Shown here piece by piece: positions 62,361 to 64,000 of a DNA stretch of 64,000 nucleotides. Under the pieces are notes generated by a model. The model was not told the DNA's origin, did no database searches, and worked only from the letters and a program-made list of their open reading frames with translations. The stretch is from Lama glama. Lineage: Eukaryota. Position 1 is the first letter of the stretch; the number at the start of each line of letters is the position of its first letter. The DNA lies in contig CM052819.1 in assembly GCA_028534125.1 (NCBI GenBank), forward strand, positions 94,550,001 through 94,614,000, written 5' to 3'. The translations under genes and the position numbers were made by a program.

Positions 62361-63049
62361 GAAGGTGGACTAACAAGGGACAGTATATTTTGGAGTATTT
62401 CTTGGAATTATAATATAATAAATATATATAATATATATAAATATATACTATTTTTGGTTTATCATACATTTCATTATAAGCTCCACTGGGTGCATAGTAG
62501 GGGAGACTTTTTTTCCTGTTTGCCTCTCTATTCTCAAAACCTACAATCTGATCTATTTTAGGTGCTTAACAAATCATTCATCGCTGAAAAAAAATAATAT
62601 GAAAGACATGTAAAATGTGACCGTTTCTTGTCTTACTCTGCTATTCACAACTGCTTAGGGTGGGGTCCTACCTGTGTGAATTCCACAAAGTACAATGACT
62701 TATTTGTAGAAAATCTCCCCAAAGAGTTGCTTGATTTATGAACGTGTAACCACTGGATCTCTGTCCATGCAGTGCTACTGTTAGTATCATGAGACCTCCG
62801 GGGCATACTTAAAAGTACTCTTTTGTATTTCAAGGGATCACAGATGGTTCTCGTTGGAAAACAAAGTCTAGACTTGTTTTCTTCCTGCACATACTCCATT
62901 CATGGTATCTGTGGAGGAGGTAGTGGGTAAAAGACTGACCTGAGAAAGTCTTGCCCACAGCCTTTCTAGAATGGCTGCAAGCTCTTCCTCTTGTGTGTGC
63001 CAAGAACACACCCGGAGAGGCGGATAGAAGCAGGAAGATGTGTGATCTG

Positions 63050-63235
63050 AGCCTCTAAGCCCTGAGTCTGTGCTTCATTGTCCCCTCAATCATTACTTAC
63101 AAAAAAATTCAAAGATGAAATTATTAAGAATTTCTCAGAGATGCAGCAACTTTCAAGCATTCAACCCCAAGGGTGTGGCTTTTGTTAGCACAGGGATATC
63201 TGTGCCAGCCATAATCACACACCTCTGAGGGCTAA
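63050..63235. mobile_element. MER91-like hAT-Tip100 fragment
   Basis: 'aaattattaagaatttc...agcattcaaccccaag...agcacagggatatctgtgcc...cacacacctctgagg'. Confidence 0.5.
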
Positions 63236-64000
63236 AATTTTCTACATTCCATTTTGTGTACCTCTTTTAACTGTTCAAAGAAGTATTTCTCCACAGAGCA
63301 GCCTATGTGCACAGTCAATGTACATCATTTTGGGACAAGCAGCAGGCGATAAACAGGTAGCTGTGGGATGGAAGACTCGTATCCCATGGTGAACAGATGA
63401 ACAGTTAATGTGGATTTTGAAGTTCCCCTTGAATGGTGGTGAATGATCTGTAGACACTAAGCTGTCCAGGTGTTGACAACGCTGCCACAGAGCTGCTTGC
63501 CTCTGGGCAAAAGAGTAATCATGAGTCTGCTCAGACTGAATTCTGTCTTTTCCAAATCTCACCTGCTGCGAGAATGTATCATCCCTGCTCCCAGGGGGTG
63601 GGGGACATTAAGTGGTCTCTTTCTTCCTCTCATCTATTTCCAGCTCTTCATTATGATGTAGATTTTGCAGTCTGTCCCCATTTCGCCCTTCTGTCTTAAA
63701 AGCCTGTTTCAGAAGTAATAAGAACATGGAAACACAATTGTTCTCTTATAATTCTTGTCCTAACAATCCTACATCTCCTTCAGGCACTGTGGCTTCCTCT
63801 GAATTGGAAAAAGGCATCTATAAGGTGGTTGGAAAAATAGGCAAAGATGAATATATCAAGACATAATCAGGTTAAACACATATGGCATGTGAAGAATATT
63901 CAGTTTTGAAAAAGAAGTTTTAAACGAGCAGGAATCAGTCTATCCAATTTCAAGACATATTTTATAGCTTATAGTTAAGACTGGGTGATATTAGTGAAGT

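Noticed and set aside
1-64000. Prokaryote-style systems (operons, CRISPR, defence islands) or an intact retroviral/transposase gene
   Set aside because: The sequence is mammalian non-coding DNA; no N-free ORF exceeds 146 aa and no such architecture is present.

Overview
AT-rich, CpG-depleted mammalian non-coding DNA, either a long intron or an intergenic region. It is most likely camelid (camel/alpaca/llama), judged from a tRNA-Ala-derived Vic-1-like SINE at ~40760 and cetartiodactyl-type L1 3' ends. I recognise no protein-coding gene or exon: the ORF track contains L1 ORF2 relics, ORFs running through N-runs and chance ORFs. Much of the window is transposon fossil: young and old L1, L2, MIR, MaLR/ERVL LTRs, a probable mammalian Gypsy LTR, and hAT/Tigger DNA transposons. 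There are three 176-190 nt N-runs, all inside L1 copies at the ORF2 C-terminus/3'UTR. I found no convincing novel biological system. The best leads are an old ~210-260 bp local duplication of an LTR end plus flank, a motif-dense promoter/enhancer-like patch at ~18.15-18.3 kb, several minus-strand exon-like segments (possible lncRNA), a recursive-splice-site-like motif, a tiny retrocopy-like insert and a possible Gypsy remnant. Repeat subfamily names come from my recollection of consensus sequences, not from a database search, and boundaries of old repeats are approximate.
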